Shown: in pieces, positions 28,719-39,591 of the stretch
How positions within the stretch are numbered: position 1 is the stretch's first letter
Layout: each line of letters begins with the position of its first letter
Assembly: GCA_965205685.1 (NCBI GenBank)
Contig: OZ242174.1
Coordinates: forward strand, 77,406-141,405
Reading direction: 5' to 3'
DNA length: 64,000 bases
Source: Gammaproteobacteria bacterium
GTDB taxonomy: Bacteria > Pseudomonadota > Gammaproteobacteria > UBA4575
Translations under genes and position numbers: made by a program
Notes under the pieces: model-generated
Seen by the model: the letters and a program-made list of their open reading frames with translations, nothing else
What the model was told of the DNA's origin: nothing
The model's database searches: none

Positions 28719-30890
28719 TCAAATGCGTTTGACCTTGTAGACTTTCTGGGTTTTTCGAACGGCCCGGATGATGCTCGCCAGGTGATCACGGTCTTTGACC
28801 GTGAGCAAAATCGTAATGGTGGTCGTGGTGCCGAATTTTTCATCCAGAATGATATTTTCTATATTGGAGCTTTCCTCGGATATTTTTGCAGCAACCACGG
28901 CCAGTACACCACGTTCATTGGCCGTTTTGACACTGATTTCTGCAGTAAATTCACTGCCCGGATTGCTGTCCCAATAGACATGGATCCACTTGTCGCGGCT
29001 TTTTTTCCTGTGCCTTACAATATTGCGGCACTTGACATGGTGCACCACCAGTCCCTTGCCTGCGTTCATCACGCCGATCACGGAATCCCCGGGTATGGGG
29101 TGGCAGCATTTTCCGTAACTGACCACCATGCCCTCCGTGCCGCGGATTGCCAAGGGATTCTTTCTTTCGCTTCGGGATCGCAATTTCATCCACAATCCCC
29201 TCAGTGACGCCAGGTGCTTGACGACGAAAGGCGCCATCCGATCGCCCAATCCCACTTCTACAAACAACTGCTGCTCGGATTCCAGTTGCAGCTCCTTGAG
29301 CAGACGAGCCAAATCACGCTTGCTCACGTCCTCCCAGTTTTTTTCATAGGCAATCAAGGCCTGATCCAGAAGCCGCCGGCCCAGTTGACCCGCTTCTTCG
29401 GTCTGCAGGTTTTTCAGATAGCTTCGGATGTTCGAACGTGCTTTGGCTGTTACGATGAAACTCAGCCAGTCCGGGCTTGGATGGCCTTCAGGTGATGTGA
29501 TGATGTCGATGGTTTGCCCGTTTTCAAGGATCGTGCTCAGCGGCTCCAGTCGGCGGTTAATCCGGGCTCCCACACAATGATTGCCGATATCTGAATGTAC
29601 CGCGTAGGCAAAATCCACGGCCGTCGCGTTGGTTGGCAATTCCAGGATATCGCCCCGCGGGGTAAATACATAAATCTCATCATAAAAAAGGTCAATCTTT
29701 ACACTTTCCAAAAATTCGAGCGAACTGCCCGAGCTGTGCTGTATTTCCGAAACGGTCTTGAGCCATTCCTGTGCCCGCGTGTGGGGCCCTGCGTGATCGC
29801 CTTCACCGCCCTTGTACATCCAGTGGGCAGCAATGCCGGACTGAGCCACCTGGTCCATCTCTTCAGAGCGGATCTGAACCTCCACCGGTATGCCTTTGGG
29901 TCCGAATAAAACGGTATGCAGTGACTGATAGGCATTTTTTTTGGGGATGGCAATGTAATCCTTGAACTTGCCCGGAACCGGTTTGTACAGGTTGTGGATA
30001 ACGCCGAGCACACGGTAACAGGTATCGACATCGGCGACGACGATGCGGAACCCGAATACATCAAACACCTCGGAGAACTGAAGGTTCTTTTCCTTCATCT
30101 TCCTGTAGATGCTGTAGATATTCTTCTCGCGACCGTGAATACGGCTGACGATGCCGGCATCGTCCAGCCTTTCACAGAGATTCTTCTCCGCCTCCTGAAG
30201 AAGCCTATTCCTATTGACATTGGTACGCTTTACGGAATCCTGCAACACTTCATATCGCCGCGGCCATAGGGTCTTGAACGAGAGCTCTTCAAGCTCCATG
30301 CATAACTCATGCATTCCCAGTCGCTGTGCAATGGGCGCATAGATGTCCAGGGTTTCGCGTGCGATCCGCTTGCGTTTCTCGAATGCAACTCCGCTCAGGG
30401 TCCGCATGTTGTGCAGCCGGTCCGCCAGCTTGATGATGATCACGCGCACGTCCTTTGCAAAAGCAAGCATCATTTTGCGGAAGTTCTCGGCTTGCGCCTC
30501 CTGCTTGGATCCGAATTCCAGATGGGTGAGCTTGCTGACCCCGTCGACCAGTTCAGCCACATCCTGGCCGAACTCGTGGGTAATTTGCCCCTTGACCGTT
30601 TCCGTGTCTTCGATCACATCATGCAAAACTGCCGCTGCAATTGTCTGCGCATCCATGTGCATGCCAGCCAGTACGCGGGCCACGGCAAGGGGGTGATAGA
30701 TGTAGGGCTCGCCGGTGAGGCGCGTCTGGCCTTCGTGTGCGGTCGCACTGAACAGGTAGGCGTGGTACACGCTCTTGACATGTTGAGGGTCCAGATACGT
30801 TTCCAGCAACGCACAAAGGTCGCTGATCAGAAAGCGTGAAGGGTGATGTGCAGCTAGATGTTTGCTAGCGGGTTCTACAACACTAGCCAT
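28719..30890 (-). CDS. spoT: Bifunctional (p)ppGpp synthetase/hydrolase SpoT
   Basis: 723 aa with an HD hydrolase domain (HDVIEDT), a synthetase domain, and TGS and ACT domains. It follows rpoZ. Confidence 0.9.
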   Translation of the reverse strand: MASVVEPASKHLAAHHPSRFLISDLCALLETYLDPQHVKSVYHAYLFSATAHEGQTRLTGEPYIYHPLAVARVLAGMHMDAQTIAAAVLHDVIEDTETVKGQITHEFGQDVAELVDGVSKLTHLEFGSKQEAQAENFRKMMLAFAKDVRVIIIKLADRLHNMRTLSGVAFEKRKRIARETLDIYAPIAQRLGMHELCMELEELSFKTLWPRRYEVLQDSVKRTNVNRNRLLQEAEKNLCERLDDAGIVSRIHGREKNIYSIYRKMKEKNLQFSEVFDVFGFRIVVADVDTCYRVLGVIHNLYKPVPGKFKDYIAIPKKNAYQSLHTVLFGPKGIPVEVQIRSEEMDQVAQSGIAAHWMYKGGEGDHAGPHTRAQEWLKTVSEIQHSSGSSLEFLESVKIDLFYDEIYVFTPRGDILELPTNATAVDFAYAVHSDIGNHCVGARINRRLEPLSTILENGQTIDIITSPEGHPSPDWLSFIVTAKARSNIRSYLKNLQTEEAGQLGRRLLDQALIAYEKNWEDVSKRDLARLLKELQLESEQQLFVEVGLGDRMAPFVVKHLASLRGLWMKLRSRSERKNPLAIRGTEGMVVSYGKCCHPIPGDSVIGVMNAGKGLVVHHVKCRNIVRHRKKSRDKWIHVYWDSNPGSEFTAEISVKTANERGVLAVVAAKISEESSNIENIILDEKFGTTTTITILLTVKDRDHLASIIRAVRKTQKVYKVKRI

Positions 30891-30920
30891 TGCCGCAGAA
30901 TAAGCGGGTCAGGAAACCGC

Positions 30921-31415
30921 CTATACCTCCTGTTCTCCTTCGCTGGGCACATCCACCGTTGGGGCGGAGGTCCCGTCATCCGGGGCCTGTTCTTGCGCCT
31001 CGGCGCCAGCATTTGCCTCATCTTCTTCAATCAGACGTTGCAAACGCTCGCTCAGCAACCGGTCCTCTGACTCCTCTGCCGAGTACAGGGCATCCGGCTT
31101 GTCTGGAGCCTCGCCATCCGGGCGGGTTTGGTTGAGCTCTCGGCTGATCTCCGTGTACAGTGCAGCCAGTTCGTCTTCACCAAATTCAGCACCTTCTCCC
31201 TCTGCAGGAACTGCAAGCGCTGCTTCCATCTTCTCCTCGTTGATCAGATTTTCAGCGATCTCACGCAATGCCACTACGGTCGGTTTGTCATTTTCCCACT
31301 CGACAAGCGCCTCAGCGCCCTGCACAAGTTGCCGTGTGCGCTTGCTGGCCAGCAACACCAACTCAAAGCGGTTCTCCACGTGTTCCAGACAATCCTCGAC
31401 GGTCACCCGGGCCAT
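30921..31415 (-). CDS. rpoZ: RNA polymerase omega subunit RpoZ with a long acidic C-terminal extension
   Basis: The N-terminal ~70 aa, [35 protein letters not shown]..., match RpoZ. Roughly 75 further residues are strongly acidic (E/D-rich). Confidence 0.8.
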   Translation of the reverse strand: MARVTVEDCLEHVENRFELVLLASKRTRQLVQGAEALVEWENDKPTVVALREIAENLINEEKMEAALAVPAEGEGAEFGEDELAALYTEISRELNQTRPDGEAPDKPDALYSAEESEDRLLSERLQRLIEEDEANAGAEAQEQAPDDGTSAPTVDVPSEGEQEV

Positions 31416-31483
31416 AACATACTCCTACAAAAACATATCGGGGAACGAGTCATTCTAACGAATTCACCCTCCTGCTACCAGCA

Positions 31484-32221
<738 letters not shown>

Positions 32222-32272
32222 TCAGAATCCTGCCGTGCCGACCCGCTGACTTGATTTGAGGTTTTGCCTGAC

Positions 32273-32464
32273 TCAGTACCCTCCTTGCCCTTGACCCGCT
32301 TCTGCAGGCGCATCCGTCTCTGCATGTCCGCCATCACCGGCTTGACCCTCTGCCATGGGTGCTTCCGTGGCTTCACCGGCAGTGTCTGCAGAATGGTCGG
32401 ATTCCTCACTGCTGCATGCGGCCAGTAGTGCAGATATAAACAAAACCAAAATCAATTTACGCAT
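32273..32464 (-). CDS. Small secreted lipoprotein, unknown function
   Basis: The internal start MRKLILVLFISALLAACSSEESDH... has the lipobox LLAAC. A GAGG RBS sits 5 nt upstream of its ATG. The mature part is acidic and Gly/Ala-rich. Confidence 0.45.
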   Translation of the reverse strand: MRKLILVLFISALLAACSSEESDHSADTAGEATEAPMAEGQAGDGGHAETDAPAEAGQGQGGY

Positions 32465-32697
32465 CTCAACCTCACTCTTGTGTATAAAAGATTGTTCCCG
32501 AATGCACAGCGCATCCGTGCTTTTGCGGGGTTCAATCCCGAATGCAGCAAGCCATGGTAATAGCTTTTCGTTGCCAGCCACAGCGTCGCGCCCTCAGGAT
32601 GTGCCCGCAGATTATCAATAAGACAGTATTCCAAGCAAGATTAAAGAGGGTAAACGCCTTAGTTGCCTGGTATGGGAAAATTTTGGGCCAGGAAAAG

Positions 32698-33423
32698 CTA
32701 TTTGTCGTTTGAGTCGCTGAGTTCCGCCTTGACTTGGTCGAAGCTGGTGTGACGGATGTCTTGGCCGGCCACGGTATATATCACGGCCTCACAAATATTT
32801 TTCGCGTGATCCCCGATCCGCTCCAGCGAGCGAGCGCACCACATCACCCGGAGTGACCGTTTGATGCTACGGGGGTCTTCCATCATGTATGTAATCAATT
32901 GGCGGGTGAGTGCATCATATTCATCGTTGATGGCCCGATCGCCCTGTGCGATGACAAATGCGCTATCAATATCCATGCGGGCAAGGGCATCCAGACATTC
33001 GTGCAGCATCTTGCAGACCTGTTCCCCTAGGTGCTTGATTTCCGAAAAGTAGGTCGGGGTCCGCTCGATGGCCGCAAGTTTCACAGCATGACGTCCTATT
33101 TTTTCCGCTTCATCACCAATTCTTTCCAGATCAGTAATGGTCTTGTAGATCGTAACCAAAAGGCGAAGATCGCTGGCTGCAGGCTGGCGCCTGGCAATCA
33201 CCTGTGTGCACTCTTCATCAATTGCAACTTCCATTGAATTGATTCGATAGTCGCTGGTGGCCACATCCTCTGCCAGACTGCTGTCTGCACGAGTCAAGGC
33301 TAGCAACGCGTTTTGCACTTGCTTTTCCACCAGTCCACCCATGTTCAGCACTTTGCTGCGCAGGGATTCCAGATCCTCATCGTACTGATGGGAGATATGT
33401 TGTCCGATATCCTGATAAACCAT
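32698..33423 (-). CDS. phoU: Phosphate signalling complex protein PhoU
   Basis: 241 aa with a duplicated PhoU domain; it contains ...ADSSLAEDVATSDYRINSMEVAIDEEC.... Confidence 0.9.
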   Translation of the reverse strand: MVYQDIGQHISHQYDEDLESLRSKVLNMGGLVEKQVQNALLALTRADSSLAEDVATSDYRINSMEVAIDEECTQVIARRQPAASDLRLLVTIYKTITDLERIGDEAEKIGRHAVKLAAIERTPTYFSEIKHLGEQVCKMLHECLDALARMDIDSAFVIAQGDRAINDEYDALTRQLITYMMEDPRSIKRSLRVMWCARSLERIGDHAKNICEAVIYTVAGQDIRHTSFDQVKAELSDSNDK

Positions 33424-33452
33424 GTGTCACCTCGAATGATATCGCCAGAGCA

Positions 33453-34277
33453 TCAGCCGTAACGGCCCGTAATGTAGTCTTCCGTCTGCTTCTGGACAGG
33501 GTTGGTGAACAGCTGATCGGTTGCACCGAATTCGATCAGTTCCCCCAGATATAAAAAGGCCGTGTAGTCTGAGACACGTGCAGCCTGCTGCATGTTGTGG
33601 GTAACGATAACCACGGTATAGTTCTGCTTCAGCTGAATGATCAACTCTTCGATTTTCAGCGTCGAGATGGGGTCCAGGGCAGACGCTGGCTCATCCAATA
33701 AAATCACCTCAGGCTCAATTGCAATTGCCCGCGCAATCACCAGCCGCTGCTGCTGGCCCCCCGACAATCCCAGAGCGTTATCCTGCAATCGATTCTTGAC
33801 CTCGTCCCACAGTGCCGCACCTTTCAGTGCCCACTCGACACGTTCGTCCAAAACCCGTTTCTTGTTCACGCCCTGCAACCGTAATCCGTACGCTACATTT
33901 TCGTATACGGTCTTGGGGAATGGGTTGGGTTTTTGAAACACCATGCCCACCTGTCGGCGAAGTTCTGCCACATTGACCGATTTGCTGTTGATATCCTTCC
34001 CATGCAACAGCATCTCTCCTTCCAGCCTGACGATGTCGATCAAGTCGTTCATTCGATTCATGCTACGCAACAGCGTTGACTTGCCACAGCCGCTCGGCCC
34101 AATAAACGCAGTGACTCTTTTCTCGGGAACAACCATGTCAATTCCTCGCAAGGCCTGGTTATTGCCGTAGTAGAGACCAAAATCCCTGCACTCGAAGCAG
34201 GCCTGCTCCTTTTCCAGGTCCAGACTTGCCCGGTTGAGTAGCACGTCTTGTGAAATTTGTGGTGTTGCCATTGTCAT
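33453..34277 (-). CDS. pstB: Phosphate ABC transporter ATP-binding protein PstB
   Basis: Walker [10 protein letters not shown], the signature LSGGQQQRL, and the C-terminus ...[12 protein letters not shown] identical in style to PstB. The likely start is MTMATPQ; the track ORF starts at 34307. Confidence 0.9.
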   Translation of the reverse strand: MTMATPQISQDVLLNRASLDLEKEQACFECRDFGLYYGNNQALRGIDMVVPEKRVTAFIGPSGCGKSTLLRSMNRMNDLIDIVRLEGEMLLHGKDINSKSVNVAELRRQVGMVFQKPNPFPKTVYENVAYGLRLQGVNKKRVLDERVEWALKGAALWDEVKNRLQDNALGLSGGQQQRLVIARAIAIEPEVILLDEPASALDPISTLKIEELIIQLKQNYTVVIVTHNMQQAARVSDYTAFLYLGELIEFGATDQLFTNPVQKQTEDYITGRYG

Positions 34278-34337
34278 ATCTTCCCGAACTCCTAAAAAGC
34301 CTTGCATATTTCCAGATGTGCTGCAATCAATGCGACG

Positions 34338-36020
34338 CTAGTGTTGCTCCAGACTCCTGTATTTCTCGCGCAAATGATTGCGGATGTAGATCGCAGAAAG
34401 GTTTAAAACAACGATCACTGCTACCAGGATTAAGGCTGTCGCATAGACGAGCGGGCGTGCGGCCTCGACATTGGGGCTTTGAAATCCCACGTCATAAATG
34501 TGAAACCCCAGATGCATGAATTTACGCTCCAGATGTATAAACGGCGCGTTCATGTCCACCGGCAGGGAGGGGGCCAGCTTCACTGCGCCCACCAGCATCA
34601 GTGGCGCCACTTCACCGGCTGCACGAGCCACTGCTAGGATCAAACCCGTCATCATTGCGGGACTTGCCATGGGGAGCACCGTACGCCACAAGGTCTCTGC
34701 CTTGGTCGCTCCCAGGGCCAGCGAACCTTCGCGCACCGACCGCGGGATGCGCGCCAATCCTTCTTCAGTGGCCACGATCACGACCGGTACCGTCAGCAAG
34801 GCCAGCGTCAATGAGGCCCAGAGCACACCACCGGACCCAAATGTCGGAGACGGCAATGCTTCCTGGTAAAACAGCTCATCGATGGTGCCGCCTACGACAT
34901 AGACGAAAAAGCCAAGCCCGAATACCCCATAAACGATGGAGGGCACGCCAGCCAAATTGTTTACGGAAATCCTGACCAGGCGCGTGACCAGACCCTGGCG
35001 GGCATATTCACGCAGGTAAATGGCAGCGACCACACCAAACGGTGTCACGATAATCGACATCAGAAGCACCATGATCACGGTGCCGAAAATAGCTGGAAAA
35101 ATTCCACCCTCAGTATTGGCTTCGCGCGGATCATCCGATATAAAACCCCAGAAGGTCTTGATGTAAAAAACAATCTTCGCAGCCAAGGTCATCGCATTCG
35201 GCTGGTAGGCCTTGACCACATTGGCAAGCTTTATTTCAACCTCGTCCCCTGTCATCACGCGTGCAGTAATGCTGTCCCGGGCAATATCCCGATAAAGCTC
35301 ATCCAATTCTGCTTTCAGCACCTCGTAATCACGTGTGTGTTCATCCTGTTCGGAGCTGAGCAAATCATAAGATTCTTGATCAGTGATGCCTTTCAGTTCC
35401 AGGCCCCGTCGTTTGAGGCGCAGTTTTTCCAACTGGAAGTTGATCGAACCGATTTTGTTTTTCTCGATGTGCTCGATCCGCTCGCGTAACTCCGTAACAC
35501 GATGTAACCGGTGTTCAAGTTCGCTCCACAGGTCGGCATCTGCAACATCCACGGTTTTACCGGCCTCTTTCACATCTGTCAGGTACCCATAGAAGTTCCC
35601 CCATTGCGTGCGCTCCAGCACGATCACATCCCCAGGAACCCGGACACTCCTTTCATTGGGTGCCACGGTGAGCATGAAGTCCACACCCAACACTTCGCGG
35701 ATACCTACTTTAATGAGGCTGCGCTCGATGAGGTCCTTGTCGCTGTCAACCCTGATGCCAGACTCCACAATGCGCTTTTTGGGGACCTCCTCGGTCTCCA
35801 CCCGCTCACCAACAATTTGTACAATGTTGGTGCCGTTGTCATATTCGATCTCATACACTGTCTTGGGCCAGAAATGGCCCAGACCCCGAACGGCAATCAG
35901 AAAGAGCAAGCCTGCCACCATGATCATGCTGACGGCCACAGCCCCTGCATTCATCCACACCCAAGGCTGCCCGGACGACATGAACGACGTGAAAGAGCTT
36001 TTGTTCGTTTGGTCAAACAT
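34338..36020 (-). CDS. pstA: Phosphate ABC transporter permease PstA (long form)
   Basis: 560 aa, polytopic, with the EAA-like loop. The long N-terminal domain is as seen in Pseudomonas-type PstA. Confidence 0.85.
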   Translation of the reverse strand: MFDQTNKSSFTSFMSSGQPWVWMNAGAVAVSMIMVAGLLFLIAVRGLGHFWPKTVYEIEYDNGTNIVQIVGERVETEEVPKKRIVESGIRVDSDKDLIERSLIKVGIREVLGVDFMLTVAPNERSVRVPGDVIVLERTQWGNFYGYLTDVKEAGKTVDVADADLWSELEHRLHRVTELRERIEHIEKNKIGSINFQLEKLRLKRRGLELKGITDQESYDLLSSEQDEHTRDYEVLKAELDELYRDIARDSITARVMTGDEVEIKLANVVKAYQPNAMTLAAKIVFYIKTFWGFISDDPREANTEGGIFPAIFGTVIMVLLMSIIVTPFGVVAAIYLREYARQGLVTRLVRISVNNLAGVPSIVYGVFGLGFFVYVVGGTIDELFYQEALPSPTFGSGGVLWASLTLALLTVPVVIVATEEGLARIPRSVREGSLALGATKAETLWRTVLPMASPAMMTGLILAVARAAGEVAPLMLVGAVKLAPSLPVDMNAPFIHLERKFMHLGFHIYDVGFQSPNVEAARPLVYATALILVAVIVVLNLSAIYIRNHLREKYRSLEQH

Positions 36021-36044
36021 GAGGTATATGCATCGGATGTTTGT

Positions 36045-38324
36045 TTAGAGGGTGCTGTATTTTTCCCGCAGCCGCTGGCGGACAATTTCTGCAATCGTGT
36101 TGAAGAAAAAAGTGAAGATAAACAACACCAGTGCAGCCAAGAACAGAATTCTGAAATGTGTGCTGTTTACCTCGGATTCCGGCAACTCCACCGCCACGTT
36201 TGCAGAGAGTGTCCGCATGCCTTCAAAGATGCTGAAATCCATCACCGGAGTATTGCCGGTCGCCATCAGGACGATCATGGTCTCCCCTACCGCACGTCCA
36301 AGCCCGATCATGGTGGCGGAAAAAATGCCGGGGCTGGCAGAAGGCAGCACCACGCGCACCAATGATTGCCAGGGCGTTGCTCCCAGCGCCAGAGAGCCAG
36401 AGGTCAAATGCTTGGGTACACTGAACACGGCATCTTCAGCAATCGAGAATATCGTGGGGATGACTGCAAACCCCATCGCAATACCAATGATGATCGAGTT
36501 TCTCTGGTCATAACCGATACCCAGAGTGTCTGATATCCAGATCCGCATATTGCCGCCAAAAAATGCGTTCTCCATCCACGGGCTGAGCGCAAGGGCCACC
36601 CAGGTACACAATATGACGACCGGAATCAGCAAAGCGGCCTGCCAGCCTTCCGGGACCAGCAGTCTGATGCGATCCGGAATGTTCCACCAAGCCAAGCTGG
36701 CCACAAACATCCCTGCCGGTATCACCAGCAGGCAGACAAATATCCCGGGCAGGTGTGATTCAACAAAAGGAGCCAGCCAGAGGCCGGCCAGAAATCCCAG
36801 GATCACGGTTGGCAGTGCCTCCATGATCTCGATGGTGGGTTTGACAATTCCCCGCATCTTCGGTGCCATGAAATATGCCGTGAAGATGGCACCAAAAATC
36901 GCCAGCGGCATGGCCACTAACATGGCGTAGAACGCTGCCTTGAATGTTCCGAAAGTCAGTGGCGTAAGGCTGAATTTCGGTTCGAAATCACTGGATGCCG
37001 AGGAAGATTGCCACACATAGTCCGGTTCCGGGTAGCTCTCATACCAGACCTTGCCCCAGATCGAACTGAAGGAGGCTTCCGGATGTTCATTATCAAGTTT
37101 CCACACATGTAACTGGCCGATGCTGTCCTCGGCAACGATCTTGTCGCTTCTTGGAGCGATACTCAGGTGCAAAAGCGGATGATTTGAAACTTTTTCCGTA
37201 AGCAGGTGACGGTTGGCCGTGGTGTGAAAAACCGAGACCTGACCAGCATCGTCGGTCACCAGAAACCCTTTGCGCAGTTGCTCGGCGACGATACCTGTGA
37301 TTGCCGCTGCCCCGCTGCTGAACCTGCGGATCTCGTTCAGGCGTTGATTGCCGTCCTCGTCACGGACCAGAAACAATTGATGGATGTTTCCCAGGTCATC
37401 ACCGAGTAGTACCGATATGCCACCGATTAGAAATTCGAAGACCGTGGGCCGACTTCCCGCATCCAGGGGCTGGACATCCTCGATATGTACGGGCATATCC
37501 GCAGAACGGATGTCATAAAAGGAAATCACGCCTTCATCGTTTAGCAGGTACAGCCACTGTCTTTCAGGCGACAGCAGGGCTTTCATTGGCCTGTCGACAT
37601 ACGGCAAGCTCACTTGGCTGGCCAGCTCCAGGCCAATCTCGTCTTCATCCAGAAATGAAGTCACCTTTGCATAGTCAACGAGGCTTGGGCCCTCTTGTGT
37701 ATAGGCAAAGATGGTAAGACCATCTTCATCGTCCCCGATAGCAAAATGGTCCACGGCCTGGCGGCCGATGCCGAGATCAATGGGCTCTTCCCCATATGGA
37801 AAGATGATCTCGGGAATGATGGTCCTGCGATCATCGGCATACCTCAGGGCGTAGCTGTGACGGAAGATGAGTATCTGTCCGGAATCCAGACCCAGTGCAA
37901 GAACGTTCCTCTCGGTGTCGACATGCTTCCAGCTGCTTATCTTGGCGTTGAGACCAGCCAGAAGATCGAACTTTTGGACGGTGGTACCGGTATCCGTATA
38001 AAAGAAGTGCACAATGCCGCCTGTGTCAAGGCGCATGGAAATCTCCGCTTGCTCTTCTGTCAAATACAGCAAGGAGTCGCCAACAGCCGCATCCTGCAGG
38101 GAATAGTTGGAAACCGGGTAAAGCGCAGCACCCTTGAACAGGGGAAAAACCACCGCGAACAAAAACACAAAAATCAGAATGATCGATGCGATCACGGCCG
38201 TGCCACCCGCACCCACCAGATAACGGGCGAGAAAATCCCGTACCGAGCGCCGTTTCCACAACTGCCGGTTGAACTCAAGCGACTCGGGGATCAGCGGTTT
38301 AGTAGAACTTGTATCCTGCGGCAT
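36045..38324 (-). CDS. pstC: Phosphate ABC transporter permease PstC (long form with a large periplasmic N-terminal domain)
   Basis: 759 aa. The C-terminal third is a typical PstC permease (…LGATPWQSLVRVVLPSASPGIFSA…), and the N-terminal ~450 aa is an extra domain. Confidence 0.85.
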   Translation of the reverse strand: MPQDTSSTKPLIPESLEFNRQLWKRRSVRDFLARYLVGAGGTAVIASIILIFVFLFAVVFPLFKGAALYPVSNYSLQDAAVGDSLLYLTEEQAEISMRLDTGGIVHFFYTDTGTTVQKFDLLAGLNAKISSWKHVDTERNVLALGLDSGQILIFRHSYALRYADDRRTIIPEIIFPYGEEPIDLGIGRQAVDHFAIGDDEDGLTIFAYTQEGPSLVDYAKVTSFLDEDEIGLELASQVSLPYVDRPMKALLSPERQWLYLLNDEGVISFYDIRSADMPVHIEDVQPLDAGSRPTVFEFLIGGISVLLGDDLGNIHQLFLVRDEDGNQRLNEIRRFSSGAAAITGIVAEQLRKGFLVTDDAGQVSVFHTTANRHLLTEKVSNHPLLHLSIAPRSDKIVAEDSIGQLHVWKLDNEHPEASFSSIWGKVWYESYPEPDYVWQSSSASSDFEPKFSLTPLTFGTFKAAFYAMLVAMPLAIFGAIFTAYFMAPKMRGIVKPTIEIMEALPTVILGFLAGLWLAPFVESHLPGIFVCLLVIPAGMFVASLAWWNIPDRIRLLVPEGWQAALLIPVVILCTWVALALSPWMENAFFGGNMRIWISDTLGIGYDQRNSIIIGIAMGFAVIPTIFSIAEDAVFSVPKHLTSGSLALGATPWQSLVRVVLPSASPGIFSATMIGLGRAVGETMIVLMATGNTPVMDFSIFEGMRTLSANVAVELPESEVNSTHFRILFLAALVLFIFTFFFNTIAEIVRQRLREKYSTL

Positions 38325-38405
38325 GTGACTGGATCTTCTTTCCTGTTATGGGCTGATCCGCATTAAATAAAAAAGCCTTGGTTTCACAGGGCCTTTGCAA
38401 ACGAC

Positions 38406-38430
38406 TGCAGGGCCGTGTCCACAGCCCTGC
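38406..38430 (-). promoter_or_regulatory. Perfect 7-bp stem hairpin (GCAGGGC ... GCCCTGC) in the pstS-pstC intergenic region; candidate partial terminator/processing site
   Basis: The inverted repeat gcagggc-cgtgtccaca-gccctgc was read directly. A GC-rich hairpin between pstS and pstC is a known way to set pstS:pstCAB stoichiometry. No clear U-tract follows. Confidence 0.35.
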
Positions 38431-38481
38431 ACCTAGAGGTCACTCCAAGCTTATTATTGTTATCCGAGCACGAGGCCAAGG

Positions 38482-39462
38482 TCAGAGCCCGAGAGAAGCC
38501 AGTGTTTTGCTTGCCACCTTGGATGGCAGCGGGATATACCCATCCTTGACAACCACTTTCTGTCCCTGAGTTGCCAGTACCATCTTGATGAATTCGCTCT
38601 CAAGGGGCGACAAAGGTTTTCCTGGTGCCTTGTTGACATATACGTAGAGGAACCTTGCCAGCGGGTACTTTCCAGAAATCGCATTGTTAGGCGTAGCCTC
38701 GATCTTGTCCTGCTCCGCTGTCTTTGAAAGCGGCACCGCACGAACTCCGGAGGTCTTGTACCCAATACCGGAAAAACCGATGCCGTTCAGCGATGATGAA
38801 ACGGACTGGACTACAGAAGCGGATCCCGGCTGCTCGTTCACCGTGGGTTTGAAGTCACCTTTGCAAAGGGCTTTCTTTTTGAAGTACCCGTAGGTGCCTG
38901 AAACGGAATTACGACCAAACAGCTGAATGTCCCGCTTGGTCCAGTCACCTTGAAGCCCAAGATCACCCCAGGTATTCAGATCAGTACTGCCGCCGCACTT
39001 GCGGGTGCTAGAGAAAATCGCATCCACATCGGCAATGGACATGCCCTTGATCGGGTTATCCTTGTGGACATAGATCGCCAAGGCATCGATTGCAACCGGT
39101 ACCGGGGTCGGCTTGTAGCCGTATTTTTTCTCGAATGCCGCGATCTCCTTGTTCTTCATCTTACGACTCATCGGGCCAAGGTTTGACGTTCCTTCAGTCA
39201 GGGCTGGTGGGGCTGTTGAAGAGCCTGCGGCCTGAACCTGAATATTCACGTTAGGATAAAAACGCTTGTACTCTTCTGCCCAGAGCGTCATCAAATTTGC
39301 CAGGGTATCCGATCCAACGCTCGACAAATTTCCAGAGACACCGCTGGTAGCTGCGTACTCACCAAGCTTGGGATCAACCTTGACTTCCGCCGAGACAGGC
39401 ATGGTCAGCACAAACAAAAAGGCGATCAGCAGTGCATTACACTTGCCCATGAATGTGTACAT
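38482..39462 (-). CDS. pstS: Phosphate-binding periplasmic protein PstS
   Basis: 326 aa with a signal peptide ([25 protein letters not shown]) and the phosphate-binding-protein fold (…[14 protein letters not shown]…). AAGGAG lies 6 nt upstream of the ATG at 39462. Confidence 0.85.
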   Translation of the reverse strand: MYTFMGKCNALLIAFLFVLTMPVSAEVKVDPKLGEYAATSGVSGNLSSVGSDTLANLMTLWAEEYKRFYPNVNIQVQAAGSSTAPPALTEGTSNLGPMSRKMKNKEIAAFEKKYGYKPTPVPVAIDALAIYVHKDNPIKGMSIADVDAIFSSTRKCGGSTDLNTWGDLGLQGDWTKRDIQLFGRNSVSGTYGYFKKKALCKGDFKPTVNEQPGSASVVQSVSSSLNGIGFSGIGYKTSGVRAVPLSKTAEQDKIEATPNNAISGKYPLARFLYVYVNKAPGKPLSPLESEFIKMVLATQGQKVVVKDGYIPLPSKVASKTLASLGL

Positions 39463-39494
39463 TTATAACTCCTTCGGTTATGAAATCGTGATGG

Positions 39495-39552
39495 TTATAG
39501 CTGCACAATTTTGGAATGCCCGTGTTACAAGCATATGGGCGAATTATTACAG
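39495..39552 (-). promoter_or_regulatory. Candidate Pho box(es) / PhoB-dependent promoter of pstS
   Basis: The minus-strand read is CTGTAAT-aatt-CGCCCAT-atgc-TTGTAAC-acgg-GCATTCC-aaaa-TTGTGCA-gcTATAAC. This gives 11-bp-phased CTGTMAY-like heptamers followed by a -10-like TATAAC. Confidence 0.3.
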
Positions 39553-39591
39553 TTTTGTGAACCCTCCTGGCCGCTTGCCAAGTGACTGGTT

